Shown here piece by piece: positions 19,163 through 28,912 of a stretch of DNA of 53,010 nt (position 1 is the first letter of the stretch; the number at the start of each line of letters is the position of its first letter). The notes under the pieces are model-generated. The model was not told the origin of the DNA and did not search any database. It saw only the letters and a program-made list of their open reading frames with translations. The stretch comes from a virus (Duplodnaviria; Caudoviricetes), in the IMG/VR virus record IMGVR_UViG_3300034631_000008, positions 1 to 53,010 of that record. The stretch is one strand, 5' to 3'. The position numbers were made by a program, and so were the translations under genes.

Positions 19163-19233
19163 GGCCAGCAAGTCCTTTCGTGACAGGCCCTTAACCGGGC
19201 AGGCTTAGGTTTCAGGAGAGGGCAACTGCCCGG

Positions 19234-19728
19234 TCACACCGATGTGGTTTCCACACCGGCAGTTTCGGCGACGTCGATGACGAGGCCGTCGCGGATCAGC
19301 CCGCGGATTTCGATGTCCATCTGCTTGCGGGACTGCCACGCCTCATTGACGAGTTCGGTGGCGTCGCGGACCTGCGACGTCTCGAACAGCGAGAGCGGGC
19401 GGAGCGGCGCAGTGGCGCTGAGCACCTTCTCTGCCGTCTTCACCTTGCGCAGGATGGTTGCCCCCTCGCCGCCGTAGACGTTGAGGCTGAACCGCCAGTA
19501 CCAGTCCCGCACCGGCGCCTGGCTGATCTGCTCGTCTTCGGTGCCTTCGTCGGCCACCGGATATTCATGCTCGATCGGATTGGCGTAGAGCGCGTCCGAC
19601 ATCATCAGGTTGATCACGCCGTAAGGCTCCGCCGGCTCCGGCCCGCCCTGGTAACTGTCGATCCAGAGGATCCCGGTGGTCGTGGCGATCCAGTTGCGGG
19701 TTGCATCCATGACCTCGGCTTCGTTCAT
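19234..19728 (-). CDS. Tail terminator/neck protein
   Basis: Q.GPEP..PY, SLNVYG; synteny. Confidence 0.72.
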   Translation of the reverse strand: MNEAEVMDATRNWIATTTGILWIDSYQGGPEPAEPYGVINLMMSDALYANPIEHEYPVADEGTEDEQISQAPVRDWYWRFSLNVYGGEGATILRKVKTAEKVLSATAPLRPLSLFETSQVRDATELVNEAWQSRKQMDIEIRGLIRDGLVIDVAETAGVETTSV

Positions 19729-20063
19729 TTCAGTGCCCCGAGGATCGCCCGGGTGTAGCCGCCGAGCTTCTGCCAATCGTCGATGTGAAGCACCTTGTAG
19801 CGCGCCGCGCCGTCGATGATCCGATCGCCCGACTGCAGCGCAAAACGCGTCAGGCAGGCCGCCTGCGCCTCATTGCGGATGGTCGAGGGCAGGTTGTCGT
19901 ATTCCTTGCCGGCGATCGGCTGGATCGAAGCCTTGATCGTGGTCGAAACCGGCGGCGCGGGCACCCACTTCCCGTTCACATACGATCCTGCGTCCGGATC
20001 GCTGCGCTCATGCGTGACTGCCATCGTGGTGATGGCGTTGAAGGCGCGGGCGAGGCTGGGCAT
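19725..20063 (-). CDS. Head-closure protein
   Basis: GSYVNGKWV, ASIQP, GDRI. Confidence 0.75.
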   Translation of the reverse strand: MPSLARAFNAITTMAVTHERSDPDAGSYVNGKWVPAPPVSTTIKASIQPIAGKEYDNLPSTIRNEAQAACLTRFALQSGDRIIDGAARYKVLHIDDWQKLGGYTRAILGALK

Positions 20064-20064
20064 G

Positions 20065-20538
20065 TCAGTCCTCGATCTTCCATGTCACTGCGGCGCGCAT
20101 CTCTCCGCTGTCGATCAGCGGGTTGCTGCTGCCCTTGAGCTTTGTCGTCACAGGGCTGTTCGGCGGGCTCCGGAGTGCGGTGATCTCGACCTGGATGTCG
20201 CCTTGAGCCAGGATGCCCAGCCGCGACAGGATGGCGTGCATCGACGTGCCGCTTTTGAAGATTTCGCGGGCACCGGCCGCCATGGCGCGCTGGTACTTCC
20301 CGCGGTTCGCCCGCATCGCGTTCCGCATGAACGGCCGCTCAGGAACGGGCCCGCCCCAGCCGCCGCCGGACGCGCCGCCACGCGTGCCGAACTCGTTCCA
20401 GATCGCCCGCATGACGAGATCGCTGCTGGCTTCGCCGGCCGGGAAGCCGACCTGAACGTGCGTCCCGCGGAAGCTGTGCGCCAGGATCCTCTTCCACCGG
20501 GTATCGTGCTCCTTGCGGACCACCTTGACGTTGAACAT
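20065..20538 (-). CDS. Neck/tail completion protein
   Basis: VQVGF, NEFGT, PERPFMR, KGSSNPLIDSG. Confidence 0.85.
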   Translation of the reverse strand: MFNVKVVRKEHDTRWKRILAHSFRGTHVQVGFPAGEASSDLVMRAIWNEFGTRGGASGGGWGGPVPERPFMRNAMRANRGKYQRAMAAGAREIFKSGTSMHAILSRLGILAQGDIQVEITALRSPPNSPVTTKLKGSSNPLIDSGEMRAAVTWKIED

Positions 20539-20945
20539 CAGGCGACCAACGGCCCGCTGAAATTCGCCCGCCTGAGGGCGAGGAAACGCGCGCCGTAATA
20601 GGTGGAGGCCAGAGCGTCGGCGGACATTTCCTGTCCTCCTGCGCCTCCCCCGGTCCCGGCGTAGCTCATTTGAACCTCGCTGACGCGGAATGACTTCACC
20701 GCGCCGGTCGTGGTCATGGTGGATGTGCCGTCGCCGTTCGGGTCGGCCCGCTCCACCGCGCCCTCGGCTATCAGCATGTGCGCTGCCAGGAGCATGATGG
20801 CGATGGGATAGTCGCGCTCCAGCCAGGAGGTGGTGACCGTGCCGGCCGCTTCGGTGATCACGAGGGTAACGAGGTCATCGGAGACCGCATCGAACTCGGG
20901 ATATCGCGCCTTGAGAGAGGCAGCGGTCGGCACGGTGTAGGCCAT
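20538..20945 (-). CDS. Head-tail adaptor (DUF4054-like)
   Basis: RYPEF, LLAAH, STYYG.RF..L. Confidence 0.82.
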   Translation of the reverse strand: MAYTVPTAASLKARYPEFDAVSDDLVTLVITEAAGTVTTSWLERDYPIAIMLLAAHMLIAEGAVERADPNGDGTSTMTTTGAVKSFRVSEVQMSYAGTGGGAGGQEMSADALASTYYGARFLALRRANFSGPLVA

Positions 20946-20948
20946 GGG

Positions 20949-21356
20949 TCAGTCCTCGACCTTGTTCGCCTCGACGAAGGCGGCCTTGTCCGCATCCGAG
21001 AACTCGTCGAACCCGGAGACATCGTCCTTCCGCAGTCCCTTGGTGACCTGCTTGTCGCCGTCGAAGACTGCGAACCAGCCCGGCGAGGTCGCCTTGACGG
21101 CATAGGCGCCGGTGGGCGCGTCTTCCGTCTGGGCAGGACCGGCAGCGAAGCCCTGAAGATCCGCCCGCTTGAGACCGGCAAGGCCGCGCTCGGCGGGATC
21201 CTCGTCGGCCTCGATGATTCCCAGCTTCAGCCAGGTGCGGACCGCAGAACCGCCGGAGACCATCCGCCAGTTCTCGACCTTGGCCGTGCGACCGGCCGGG
21301 ATCGTGACGCCGCCCATCGTGAGCGGCGCCGAGTGCTTGTTCGTGACGTTCGCCAT
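20949..21356 (-). CDS. Hypothetical head-associated protein
   Basis: GGAG RBS, directly after capsid gene. Confidence 0.7.
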   Translation of the reverse strand: MANVTNKHSAPLTMGGVTIPAGRTAKVENWRMVSGGSAVRTWLKLGIIEADEDPAERGLAGLKRADLQGFAAGPAQTEDAPTGAYAVKATSPGWFAVFDGDKQVTKGLRKDDVSGFDEFSDADKAAFVEANKVED

Positions 21357-21369
21357 GATCCGCGCTCCC

Positions 21370-22293
21370 TCAGAGCCCGTCGCCGTAGCGAACTTCCTTC
21401 GGGCGCCGGATGTCGAGGCCGCCGAGACGGAAGACGCCGGGCACGACCCAGTGCAGCGGGCCGTCCTGGAACACCGGCAGGAAGCGGTGCGGCATCGGGA
21501 TGTGCGCCTTCAACACCGCCGGATCGCGGCGATAAGCGACCATGCGGGCCGTCCCGCCGGCACCGGCGGTCGAGAGGCCGCGAAGCGTGCGGATCGTCAG
21601 CGCCCGGCCGGTCATCGCCGTGACGACGTTCTCGGTCCGGAGGAACTGCAGGATCGTCTGCTGGGTGTCGCCGAGGCGGTTCGACGCCAGGTAGGCGAGC
21701 TTGTCGTAGGGCAGCAGCACGGTGTCCGCCATCCCCGTTTCCTTCGTGTCCGTGGTGATGCCGAGCAGCACCTCGTTGAAGTCGGCGAGGATCTGGTCTT
21801 CCGTGGCCGTGGCCCAATCGCCTGTGGTCACGCCGGCGGCGGTCACGGCCGAGCTGTTGATCAGCCCGACGAAGCCCTTGGTCGTGTCGCCGTAGAGCAT
21901 GGTGCGGTCGACCATCTCCTCGTAGGCGCGGCGCGCGGCCATGGCGTCGTCGTTGGCCAGATTGCGGCCCGACATCATGGCGACGTTGATCTCTTCCCAG
22001 CCCCAGCCGTAGCCGATCGCCGCGGTGTAGACCGCCGTCTTGTGCTGGGTCAGTTCGGTGCCGGCCATCGGGATGTCGTCGGCGTTGCCGTTGATCCAGT
22101 CGGCCTTACCGAACTTGTCGCTCGAGTAGTAGGTGACCGTCTGAGCGAACGGGTTCGCCGAGGTGTCGACCGGGATCAGGCCCGGATACTGGATGTCCGG
22201 GTAGACGGTCTCGTTGACCGCCTGCTCGACGTGGGTCGTCTGCGAGCGGACGAAGCTCAGGGCCGCCTGAGCGTCATAGGTGTGCATGTTCAT
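21370..22293 (-). CDS. Major capsid protein (DUF2184 family)
   Basis: YPDIQY..LIPV, A.DIP, GD......GLIN, RMVAY. Confidence 0.9.
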   Translation of the reverse strand: MNMHTYDAQAALSFVRSQTTHVEQAVNETVYPDIQYPGLIPVDTSANPFAQTVTYYSSDKFGKADWINGNADDIPMAGTELTQHKTAVYTAAIGYGWGWEEINVAMMSGRNLANDDAMAARRAYEEMVDRTMLYGDTTKGFVGLINSSAVTAAGVTTGDWATATEDQILADFNEVLLGITTDTKETGMADTVLLPYDKLAYLASNRLGDTQQTILQFLRTENVVTAMTGRALTIRTLRGLSTAGAGGTARMVAYRRDPAVLKAHIPMPHRFLPVFQDGPLHWVVPGVFRLGGLDIRRPKEVRYGDGL

Positions 22294-22304
22294 GGGTGTT
22301 CTCC

Positions 22305-22763
22305 TCAGCCCAGGCGAAGCGCAGCGAGGCCGGCACCCGAAGTGCTGGTCTCCCACCGGGCGTTCGGAATGGCCACGACACCGGCGCCGACGGCAGTCTT
22401 GCCGATGATCCCGGAGGCGAGCGTGACGGTGACGATGTCGGAAGGCGCCACAGCGACAGCGACCTCGACCCAGATGACGCCCTTGCGCATGATCAGCGCG
22501 GATTCGTACTGGGCAAAGGCGTTGGGCGTCTCGGGGCGAACGCCGCGCTCACGCATGGTGACGCCGAGATAGGTCTGCGCCGTCATGCCGGTGAGCGTCG
22601 CGGTGCAGCCCTTGTCGGCGGCGCCCTGCTGGACGACCTTGCCGAAGCCGATGCCGGCCTCGTCCTCGACGGTGCGCGAGATCAGGTCGACCGGCTCCAT
22701 GTTGACCCGGGCGCCTGCGCGACCCGCATCGATGGTCTCGTTGTATGCGGTCTGGATCGCCAT
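22305..22763 (-). CDS. Head decoration/cement protein
   Basis: IGFG..V, G.IWV, ARWET; between DUF2213 and capsid. Confidence 0.8.
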   Translation of the reverse strand: MAIQTAYNETIDAGRAGARVNMEPVDLISRTVEDEAGIGFGKVVQQGAADKGCTATLTGMTAQTYLGVTMRERGVRPETPNAFAQYESALIMRKGVIWVEVAVAVAPSDIVTVTLASGIIGKTAVGAGVVAIPNARWETSTSGAGLAALRLG

Positions 22764-22766
22764 GGA

Positions 22767-23879
22767 TCAGGCCTCCTTCTTCCAAGCGTCGGAGAGGCGA
22801 GCCTCGTAGGCCGACTGACCATTGTCGTTGATGCTGGGCGGCGTCTTGTCGCCGAGCGCCTTGCGGACCACGTCGCTCCCCTTCTTCGCGTCCTCGGCGA
22901 GGATGTCGAAGCGGGCGTCGATATAGGCAGCCGACTTGCCCTCGACCGCGGCATCGCCGAGCTTGGCGACCACGACGGCCTTGCGGATGTCGGCATCGGA
23001 GACGCCGGTCGTCTTCACGTCCTTGGCGATGGCGCCGGCGAGCGCGACTAGATCGCCGCGGTCCTGGACGCGCTTGTCGATGTCGGCGTCGGACAGGATC
23101 TTGCCCTTCGCGTCGTCGAGGGCCGCATCCTTGGCGGCGATCTCCGCATCCTTGGCGGCGAGCGCGGCGGCGTGGTCGGTGTTGAGCTTGGCGATGTTCG
23201 CCGCGCTGTCGCTGAGCCGCTGCTGCAGCGTGGCAATGACCGTGGCGCCCTGATCGGTCACTTCGATCGGGATGCCATCGACGGTAACCGTCTTGAGCGT
23301 CATGGGAGGGTCCTTGTCCTCTATGGTGATCGGGGCGGCGCCCCACGATGCGGCACCGTCACCGATGCGGCATTCCGAGCCCGCACGGCCGCGCTGGACA
23401 ATCGCCAGGTGGTTCGCACGGATGTTTCGTTGGATTGCGTCGTAGGCCTCGCCGTTGGGCGTGACGCCATCTTCGAACGAGAGGTCGCAGGTGTAGCCGG
23501 CGGAGAGCTCCCGCTTGCCGCCCTGGATCGCCTTCACCGCGGCCGCGTCCTTGACGATCAGCGGAATGCGCAGCCGCTGGCCGTCCCGCAGCACCTCGTC
23601 GCCGGTCTCGCCCTTCGCCAACTTCGACCAGTTGTCCGCCGTGACGGCTTCGGAGGGGTGATCGTCGGTGATCGGGACGTGAGAGAACGAGGCCAGGCTG
23701 TCGCGGTGGAAGACCTCTTCCTCCGGCCGGTAGACCCGGACCATCTGCATTTCCGGCTTGCCGACCTCGAACCCGGCGTAGTGCTGGATCCCGGTCCGGA
23801 CGATCCGGGCATCGGCCACGAGATAGCCGTCGCCGGTCAGCCGTGGGTGCTCGACCGCGGCGGCGTCGATGAACTGCAT
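22767..23879 (-). CDS. Prohead protease/scaffold (DUF2213)
   Basis: RTGIQ.Y, YRPEEEVF, PIT.DHP, ELS.GY, NHLAIV.RGRAG. Confidence 0.92.
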   Translation of the reverse strand: MQFIDAAAVEHPRLTGDGYLVADARIVRTGIQHYAGFEVGKPEMQMVRVYRPEEEVFHRDSLASFSHVPITDDHPSEAVTADNWSKLAKGETGDEVLRDGQRLRIPLIVKDAAAVKAIQGGKRELSAGYTCDLSFEDGVTPNGEAYDAIQRNIRANHLAIVQRGRAGSECRIGDGAASWGAAPITIEDKDPPMTLKTVTVDGIPIEVTDQGATVIATLQQRLSDSAANIAKLNTDHAAALAAKDAEIAAKDAALDDAKGKILSDADIDKRVQDRGDLVALAGAIAKDVKTTGVSDADIRKAVVVAKLGDAAVEGKSAAYIDARFDILAEDAKKGSDVVRKALGDKTPPSINDNGQSAYEARLSDAWKKEA

Positions 23880-23895
23880 GTTGGTGATCCTCAGA

Positions 23896-24177
23896 TTACC
23901 GTTTGGGCGCCGGCACGTGGTTCTGTTCGCCGAATGCCACGGTCATAGGGTGCCAAGAGCCGCACCAGCATCCGTCGCAGCCTTTGACGTGCTCACGCTC
24001 GCTCGGGGCATCTGCATGAACAACATCCGTCAGTCGCGCGTCGCGCCATGAATACCGGACGAAATCTCGGCCCGGCTGCGGGCGCCCCGGACCTGCCGTG
24101 ATGCAGGCTTCCTCGACTTGTAGGATCACCTTGCCGAACCATCCGAGGCGATACCGCGTCCGACCTGTCAAACGCAT
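23896..24177 (-). CDS. Hypothetical phage protein
   Basis: MRLTGRTRYR..WFGK.ILQVE...WRDA. Confidence 0.6.
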   Translation of the reverse strand: MRLTGRTRYRLGWFGKVILQVEEACITAGPGRPQPGRDFVRYSWRDARLTDVVHADAPSEREHVKGCDGCWCGSWHPMTVAFGEQNHVPAPKR

Positions 24178-24213
24178 GGGCTTCGCCCTCGATCTGTGTA
24201 TGATGCCGCCCCG

Positions 24214-24420
24214 ATGACGACCGATCCCGACCGCCCCATGAAGACGCTGATCCTCGACCTGATGATCGAGGTGAAGGAACTGCGGATGCAGGTCAGCCGG
24301 ATGGAAGAGGCCGCAGACCGCCGGCACCGCATCGTCATGGACGCGATCGAGCCGGAGTTCGAGGAAGTCGATCCGCCGGCCGATGTAAGCGGCCCGCTGT
24401 CGGAATGGATGAAGCGCTAG
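24214..24420 (+). CDS. Small coiled-coil protein (antisense moron)
   Basis: Protein-like composition; CTAG stop overlap. Confidence 0.55.
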   Translation: MTTDPDRPMKTLILDLMIEVKELRMQVSRMEEAADRRHRIVMDAIEPEFEEVDPPADVSGPLSEWMKR

Positions 24421-25244
24421 AACCGCTCCCCGTCGATCACCACCACGCCGCGCGCGACACACCGGCACTGGATCGGCTGCCCCGGCGGCAACCCGCCTTC
24501 CGCACCTGTGGGCTCGCCGTAGGCGTATTCCTTACCCTCCAGCGCCCGGTGCCGCTCCCGGACCCTCTCGTCTTGGCTCGTCGACCAGATGTAGTGCGTC
24601 AGCCCCGCCTGCTGGTGCCGGATCCGGTTCAGGTCCGACGTCAGCTTCGCCGTCTGGTCCCGCGCGATCAACTTCGCCCGGCTGTCCAGCACCCCGAACT
24701 CTTCGGTCATGCGCTTTCGCAACTGCGCCGCTGTCTGCCCCTGCAGCACCGCCTGGTAGGTGGCCTGCTCGACCCGCTTCACCGCATCATCGCCGAGCGA
24801 CCGGATCAGGCTCGCATTCCGCGCCGCCGCCGTGGTCAGGTAGTCGGCCAGATCCTCCTGGCTCACCACCGCGGCGATATCGATCCCGATGGTCGACCGG
24901 ACCGAGGCCAGCCACTTCTTGGTGTGCCGCTCGCTTTCCAGCCGAAGGATGCGCCCGACCATGCCCTCGGCAATGACGCCGAGGCTGACGGCGAGGTCCC
25001 GGAGACCCCGGAAGATGTATTCGCCTATCGCGTCCTGCGTCACTGCGGCCCGCTGGCGCGCGATCTCGGCTTCAGCGGCCGGAAGCACGTCGGAGCGCAC
25101 CGTGGCCGCCAGTGACCTCAGCATGGCGCGGAGGGCGCGGACGTATTCGGTCTGCGCGCCCCGGCTGTCGGCTATCGGAGGGAGGGTGATCGAGGCGCGG
25201 CGGGTCTTAGTGGCCGCCATGCGGGAGAGGCTGTAGGTTTGCAC
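24417..25244 (-). CDS. Head morphogenesis protein (Mu gpF-like)
   Basis: RAKLIARDQ, W.T..DERVR..H, PG.PIQCRC. Confidence 0.9.
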   Translation of the reverse strand: MQTYSLSRMAATKTRRASITLPPIADSRGAQTEYVRALRAMLRSLAATVRSDVLPAAEAEIARQRAAVTQDAIGEYIFRGLRDLAVSLGVIAEGMVGRILRLESERHTKKWLASVRSTIGIDIAAVVSQEDLADYLTTAAARNASLIRSLGDDAVKRVEQATYQAVLQGQTAAQLRKRMTEEFGVLDSRAKLIARDQTAKLTSDLNRIRHQQAGLTHYIWSTSQDERVRERHRALEGKEYAYGEPTGAEGGLPPGQPIQCRCVARGVVVIDGERF

Positions 25245-25306
25245 AGTGAGCTTCCTGACTGCCTCGAAGTGTGCAAGCCTGCAATTCGACAACGGAGGAG
25301 GAGCGC

Positions 25307-25573
25307 ATGACGGTCTTTATCGTCGCCTACGATCTCAATCAGGTGGGGCAGAACTACACGTGCATCACGCGCAAGCTGGAAGCCCTGCCCTACTGCCACG
25401 CTCAAGGCTCGGTATGGTTTGTTGACTGGCATGGAACAGCATCATCATTGCGCGACCACTTGGCTTCGTGCTGCGATGCTAACGACAAGCTTTTCGTAGA
25501 CCCTGTCTCGAACACGTGGGCCGGCAGAGGCATGCCCAACTGTGGCACATGGTTGAACGGCAGAGGCTTATAG
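25307..25573 (+). CDS. Small Cas2/VapD-like protein (antisense moron)
   Basis: FIVAYDL, Q.SVW, D.NDKLFV; GGAGGAG RBS. Confidence 0.7.
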   Translation: MTVFIVAYDLNQVGQNYTCITRKLEALPYCHAQGSVWFVDWHGTASSLRDHLASCCDANDKLFVDPVSNTWAGRGMPNCGTWLNGRGL

Positions 25574-27391
25574 CTTTCTTCCCGCCGCCCAATCCTCGTT
25601 CACCTCCTCGAATATCTCCGGGCCCAGCACGATTTCGCCCTGGTACGGCTCGATCTCGGCCAACGGGCGCTTGTCGCCGTAGCTGATCGTGATGTGGGGC
25701 TGGTACTCGGGATGATCCCACGTGGCGCCGGCCTCGATGATCTCCCGGTGCCGCCAACGAAGGTCGGACGCGGTGAACAGCAGCACGGTGGCCTCGCCGA
25801 AGCGCTCCATCTGCCTCGGCCCGCCGGCGCCGATCTCCAGCTTGGGCGACCACGATTCCCCGACGGCGAACCAGTCGACCGGCTGCCGGCTATAGATGAT
25901 CGTCACGTGCAGGTCGGGCACGATGTCCGTCATCCCCTGCGACTTCGCCCAAGCGGCAATCTCAGCGGCGTTCAGCACGTCCCTGCGCACATACAGCGTC
26001 CGGGGCGCGGCATCGTTCGCAGCGGCCTGCATGCGGGTCACATTGCCCGGCGCCACCGGCGGCACGACCTCCGGCTCTTCCGCACGCTCGCCGAAGTCAA
26101 TCGCGTCGCCCTCGGCCTCAGCTTCGTCCAGCGCGTTCTCGAAGCCTGGATAGAGCCCGTCCTCGATGATCTGGTTCTGCCGGCCCTTGGCGAGCACACT
26201 GTCGGGCATCACACCGGAGTTGATGTCGATCTGGAACGCCTGCGCCTTCTTCAGCGCGACCTCGGCCTTGTCCTTCTCGCTCATTTGCGAGAGCGGCGAC
26301 CACTCGTAGTAGACCTCCGCCGGCCGCTCGCCGAGCGCAGACCGGATCAGCGCCTCGTCGAGATTGTAGATCGCCGGCTGCAGCTCGAGCTTCTGCATGC
26401 TCTCGATGCGGTCGTGATAGTTCTTCATATCGCTTTCGCCGGTGGCGTTCATGCCGGCGGGCGACTGCCCCAGGAGGCGGGTGGCTGGAATATCGGCCGC
26501 GCCCGAGACGATGATCAGGAACTGCTGCAGGACCTCCGGCAGCTGCGAAAAGCTGATCTGCTTTCGGTCGTAGGTCTCGTTCGCGTCCCGGATCAAGGCC
26601 CGGTTCATCGACTTGCCGACGTTGGCCAGCAGGAAGCGCTCCAGCAGCCGGCTGCGGTACTCCGGATCGGCGACCATCGACATGAAGTCCGGCACGCCGA
26701 ACACGTCGATATTGGCCTCGAACACCAGGCTGGCGATGTTGGCCGCCGTGCTGTCGGCGTTCTTGATCGCGCTGAACACTGCCTGCAGCGAGCTTTCGCC
26801 CCAGCCGCGGTTCGGACCCTGTGCCAGCCAGACGTCCGGGTGAGGCTGCCCGGTGAACACCACCAGCCGCGACGGGTGGATGTTGGCGAACGCCACTCGT
26901 CCCGTGACCTGATAATCCTTCGGCCGCCCGTAGGTCTCGGCCAGAGCGTCCTGATCCAGTTCGCCGGCGATCACCTCTCGGCGCGAGAGGACCGTCAGGT
27001 ATTTCAGCCCGCCCTTGCCCAGTCCGTCCAGGCGCAGCGGCTGATCCGGCGCCTGGTCTGTGCCCATGTAGATCGCCGCGCCGCCCCACAGCCGCGCCTT
27101 GATCCGCGCGTCCAGAAGCTTCTGCCACAGCCCGAGCCGCATCTCCTCGGCTTCGATGGCCTCGATCTGGTCGTTCTCGGCCTGCCAGTCCCGGCCCTTG
27201 CGGATGGAGTCCATCGCCGGGATGTTGACGATCTTCTGCGGCAGCCAGGAGCCCTGGTAGGCGTAGAGCAGCTGCTCGTCGGTCAGGAACGACGGCCCGT
27301 AGTAGGTGCCGGCCGCCTTGTCCCGTGCCGGGTCCCCCATGCCGGAGGTCAGCGCCAGAAGGCTATCCGTCTGAAGCTGAGTTCCGGTCAT
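25568..27391 (-). CDS. Portal protein (DUF1073) fused to Acb1-like 2H phosphodiesterase
   Basis: Portal motifs (Y..SWL..KIV.IPA.D; AADIP.TRLLGQSP.G.NATGESD..NY); C-terminal LHVT and PHIT. Confidence 0.9.
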   Translation of the reverse strand: MTGTQLQTDSLLALTSGMGDPARDKAAGTYYGPSFLTDEQLLYAYQGSWLPQKIVNIPAMDSIRKGRDWQAENDQIEAIEAEEMRLGLWQKLLDARIKARLWGGAAIYMGTDQAPDQPLRLDGLGKGGLKYLTVLSRREVIAGELDQDALAETYGRPKDYQVTGRVAFANIHPSRLVVFTGQPHPDVWLAQGPNRGWGESSLQAVFSAIKNADSTAANIASLVFEANIDVFGVPDFMSMVADPEYRSRLLERFLLANVGKSMNRALIRDANETYDRKQISFSQLPEVLQQFLIIVSGAADIPATRLLGQSPAGMNATGESDMKNYHDRIESMQKLELQPAIYNLDEALIRSALGERPAEVYYEWSPLSQMSEKDKAEVALKKAQAFQIDINSGVMPDSVLAKGRQNQIIEDGLYPGFENALDEAEAEGDAIDFGERAEEPEVVPPVAPGNVTRMQAAANDAAPRTLYVRRDVLNAAEIAAWAKSQGMTDIVPDLHVTIIYSRQPVDWFAVGESWSPKLEIGAGGPRQMERFGEATVLLFTASDLRWRHREIIEAGATWDHPEYQPHITISYGDKRPLAEIEPYQGEIVLGPEIFEEVNEDWAAGRKL

Positions 27392-27394
27392 CGG

Positions 27395-28912
27395 TTACCT
27401 GACATTGTCGAGCGAGTAGGTGCTGTGTCCGGCCATCTCGCCGACGGCATCGATGAAGGGATCGACCTGGTCGTCGAACGATCCGTCGGGGAACGCTGCG
27501 ACCTCGGCCTCGAAATCCTTGAGCCACGGTGCCGCCTTGGGCAGCACCACCAGCCCGGCCGCGCAGGACGGAACCACGTCAAGCGCGCGGGTGTACTTGT
27601 CCTTCTCGCGCTGGATCGCGATCACCGGGATGGACTTGCGCTGCAGCGACTGGATCAGCCCCGTTCCCGAGACCTTGTCCTCGATCGCCATCTTGCGCAG
27701 GTGGCCGTACCGGCCCGCATCCATCGCCTTGCAGCGGGTCCACAGCGCGATCGCCGTGCTTTCCAGTTCCGGCGCCTCGAACCGCCCGCGGACGAGGTCC
27801 AGCAGGTAGGCCTTGCCGTCCCTGCCCGCGCCCCAGTGCTCCAGCACCGTGTAGTCGTTGCGTTCCTTGGTCTTCTGCGCCGTGTCTACGTAGATGCCGC
27901 GCCAGGCCAGCGACGGCACCTCATCATACCGGCCCCACCACTCCGTCTTGAACAGGTTGCCGCCGGCCACCACCGGATCCTGCATCGACTGCCCGGCGAA
28001 GACCTGCGGCGAGCTCTGCAGGACCTTGATCTGGTCGACGGTGTGCTTCTCGGCCCACAGCGGCCCCGTCGGCAGCCCGTGGCGGATCATCGTGACGTCG
28101 CCCGCCGGCGCCTCGTCTTCCCCGTCGATGAGGATCGGCAGCTTCAGCAGATGCCAGTGCTCACCGGAGTCCTGCAGCAGGTGCGCGGTGAAGTCGTCGA
28201 CGTGCAGCCGCTGCATGATCACGATCACCGGCACGTCTTCATGCGCCAGGCGAGACCGGAAGGTGTTCTCCCACCGCTCGTTGATGAACTTCCGCGTCGT
28301 GTCCGACGAGGCATCGTCCGGCTTCAGCGGATCGTCGATCACCAGCGCGCCGGTGAACCCCGGTTCGGCCAGGATGCCGGCGCGAAAGCCCGTGATTGGC
28401 TCACCCGACGCCGCGGCGCGAAGGTGGCCGCCATCAGTGGTCCGCCACAGCCCCTTCGCGTTCGTATCGATGCGCATGCGGACGGGCCAGTGAGCCTGGT
28501 AGCCGTCGAGATTGATGACGTCCTTCACCTTGGACGAGTTGTCCAGCGCCAGCGCCTGCGCGTAGCTGGCATGGATGAACCGGGCGCGCGGATTGATCGC
28601 GAAGCCCCGGGCGATGAAGTTGACCACCGCCAGCTCGGTCTTCCCGTAGCCGGGCGGCACATTGATGATCAGCCGGCGGATCGTGCCTGTGAAGACCTGG
28701 TCGAGCGCGTCGCAGATGACCCGGTGGAACGCCGCAACTGAGAACGGCTGGCCTTCCTTCTCGACGAAGAACTTGCGGGTGAAATCGAGATGCGACCGCA
28801 GCAGGCGTTCCCGCTCGGCCGCCCGGTCCTCCTCAGTCTTCCTCGCCTCCCGCTCCGCCCGGATCGCCGTCAACAATGCCGATCTGGACAAGTGCACGTT
28901 CAAGGGCTTCAA
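27395..28912 (-). CDS. terL: Terminase large subunit (start uncertain)
   Basis: INVPPGYGKT, IDDPLKP, IMQRLH, DTAQK, IEDK.SG, DDQVD. Confidence 0.95.
   Translation of the reverse strand: MKPLNVHLSRSALLTAIRAEREARKTEEDRAAERERLLRSHLDFTRKFFVEKEGQPFSVAAFHRVICDALDQVFTGTIRRLIINVPPGYGKTELAVVNFIARGFAINPRARFIHASYAQALALDNSSKVKDVINLDGYQAHWPVRMRIDTNAKGLWRTTDGGHLRAAASGEPITGFRAGILAEPGFTGALVIDDPLKPDDASSDTTRKFINERWENTFRSRLAHEDVPVIVIMQRLHVDDFTAHLLQDSGEHWHLLKLPILIDGEDEAPAGDVTMIRHGLPTGPLWAEKHTVDQIKVLQSSPQVFAGQSMQDPVVAGGNLFKTEWWGRYDEVPSLAWRGIYVDTAQKTKERNDYTVLEHWGAGRDGKAYLLDLVRGRFEAPELESTAIALWTRCKAMDAGRYGHLRKMAIEDKVSGTGLIQSLQRKSIPVIAIQREKDKYTRALDVVPSCAAGLVVLPKAAPWLKDFEAEVAAFPDGSFDDQVDPFIDAVGEMAGHSTYSLDNVR

Noticed and set aside
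25307-25573. CRISPR-Cas locus
   Set aside because: Only a Cas2-like ORF; no array or other cas genes seen
25694-28741. 1015-aa plus-strand ORF and similar long ORFs (10937-12520, 13778-15799, 21169-22572, 32457-34211)
   Set aside because: Antisense shadows of well-supported genes in GC-rich DNA; no motifs
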